DNA of 64,000 nt from Iphione sp. A-MEVVRFRX5 (taxonomy: Eukaryota): assembly GCA_976226885.1 (NCBI GenBank), contig OZ320319.1, forward strand, positions 19,282,001 through 19,346,000, in the 5' to 3' direction. Position 1 is the stretch's first letter; each line of letters starts with the position of its first letter. The translations under genes were made by a program, and so were the position numbers. Shown here piece after piece: positions 62,844 through 64,000 of the stretch. A model generated the notes under the pieces. That model was not told the DNA's origin. It made no database searches and saw nothing but the letters and a program-made list of their open reading frames with translations.

Positions 62844-64000
62844 GGTGTTGTACTAAAAATCAAATAAAATATCCAATTAAGAAACATATTAACTGTAATA
62901 TATAACAACAGAGTTCACATTAGTTCAAACTGTATATTCTGTTAGATAAATCCTTTCTTTACAAAACAGGTAAACGTTCATTTAGCTTCTCAGTCTTTAT
63001 CCTAAAGTTATTCCCACGCTAAGTTAAACCGTTAAGAACCGTATGAATGCATGAACTACTGCTGCGCTGGAACCGTATCATATATTAGTATTCTATAGTA
63101 TAAAGTGGACAGTGTAGTGATTTACGAAATTAACAACTTTCGATTTACTAAGTCACAAATACAAACTACTTTTATTGCTGAACGACGTTTCTAGGTTATA
63201 CGGCATGTAATCACTAGAAAACACAAATTTCACCTGATTTAAACACAGGTGTGGATTAAGCATCGATACCAGTGCTACTAGAAATGAGCTATAGTGCATG
63301 TTATACATCAATTTCGACGTGCGGTTGAACCGCTTGAAATAATATTAAGAATATTGTTAATTGACACGTATCTTCATCAACTGTTTCACAACTGTATAAT
63401 AAAAAGACTAAATATATGTGTTCAGATGCATTTCAAATTGAGATTTCTAGTAACCTATACGTACATTTCAAAACTTAAACTAAACCATTCAAATAATAGA
63501 TTTGAACAAAATAGTAAAATACTTACTTACTAGTCACAAACGAGTGAAGATATGTGTACACAGACGTACAACTGTTCAACACTTAATGACCACAAACTGG
63601 TTAAGTGTTCTGTCTTGTAGGGCGCGCGTACTAGATGGAGATTAAAGGCGTGGTTAGTCTTACAACTACTTGAATATTCATGACTTTAACTGACCAATCA
63701 CAAAACAAGAAGTGAGCACGGGTTTATGTAACACGCCTACAATTCGTCTGTAAAGGATGATGTTGACCATCTGGCCTTTTATGACCTTCGGTTCTGCTTG
63801 GTTGCATAGACAAAGGTAGTGATACTCCACTGTATGTAGTAAGAAGGGCTATTTAGTCAGGGTCCACGTCCGGACTTCCTTAAACGACGTTTTATATGTG
63901 TAGTGTAATTCTGTCAAACAGTTGGACTGTTGAAGGGGTGTTACTGCGTGGTGGTTCCCGGAAGTCTCTTGATTAAAATGTTCAAAAAATGCCGCTACTG

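Larger units (their letters stand above)
13952..64000 (+). mobile_element. Giant Helentron (Helitron2-type) with cargo genes; 3' end not in window
   Basis: 5' terminal hairpin homologous to the HINE at 9140, Rep-Hel-EN gene in the same orientation, + strand G/T skew, and paralogous cargo exons on both sides of Rep. Being one unit rather than nested units is an inference. Confidence 0.65.

Noticed and set aside
13952-64000. Polinton/Maverick or endogenous DNA virus
   Set aside because: No pPolB, packaging ATPase, integrase, capsid or long TIRs recognised; the core is an HUH Rep-PIF1 fusion.

Overview
Eukaryotic (metazoan, probably marine invertebrate; inferred from intron style and gene content) genomic scaffold with two N-gaps (9753-9952, 12138-12306). 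The left ~14 kb is host DNA. It holds a 59-bp minisatellite, a spliced tandem death-domain gene (- strand), a local inverted triplication, a short non-autonomous Helentron (HINE-like, ~9140-9995) and a complete two-exon CBR4 gene with a decayed Gypsy pol fragment in its intron. From ~13952 to the window end the DNA looks like one giant rolling-circle element of the Helentron/Helitron2 type, >=50 kb. It starts with a terminal hairpin shared with the small HINE, has a strongly G+T-rich + strand, and encodes an intact ~2119-aa DUB-Rep-PIF1-endonuclease protein and a 4-exon RPA-like OB-fold gene. It also carries several spliced minus-strand cargo genes: two clearly paralogous coiled-coil genes on opposite sides of Rep, two other coiled-coil ORFs, an apparently inactive SGNH-fold protein and a small basic protein. 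Tandem arrays and three nested MITEs are also present. The predicted 3' terminus was not found in the window. All calls are by eye; no database searches were run.
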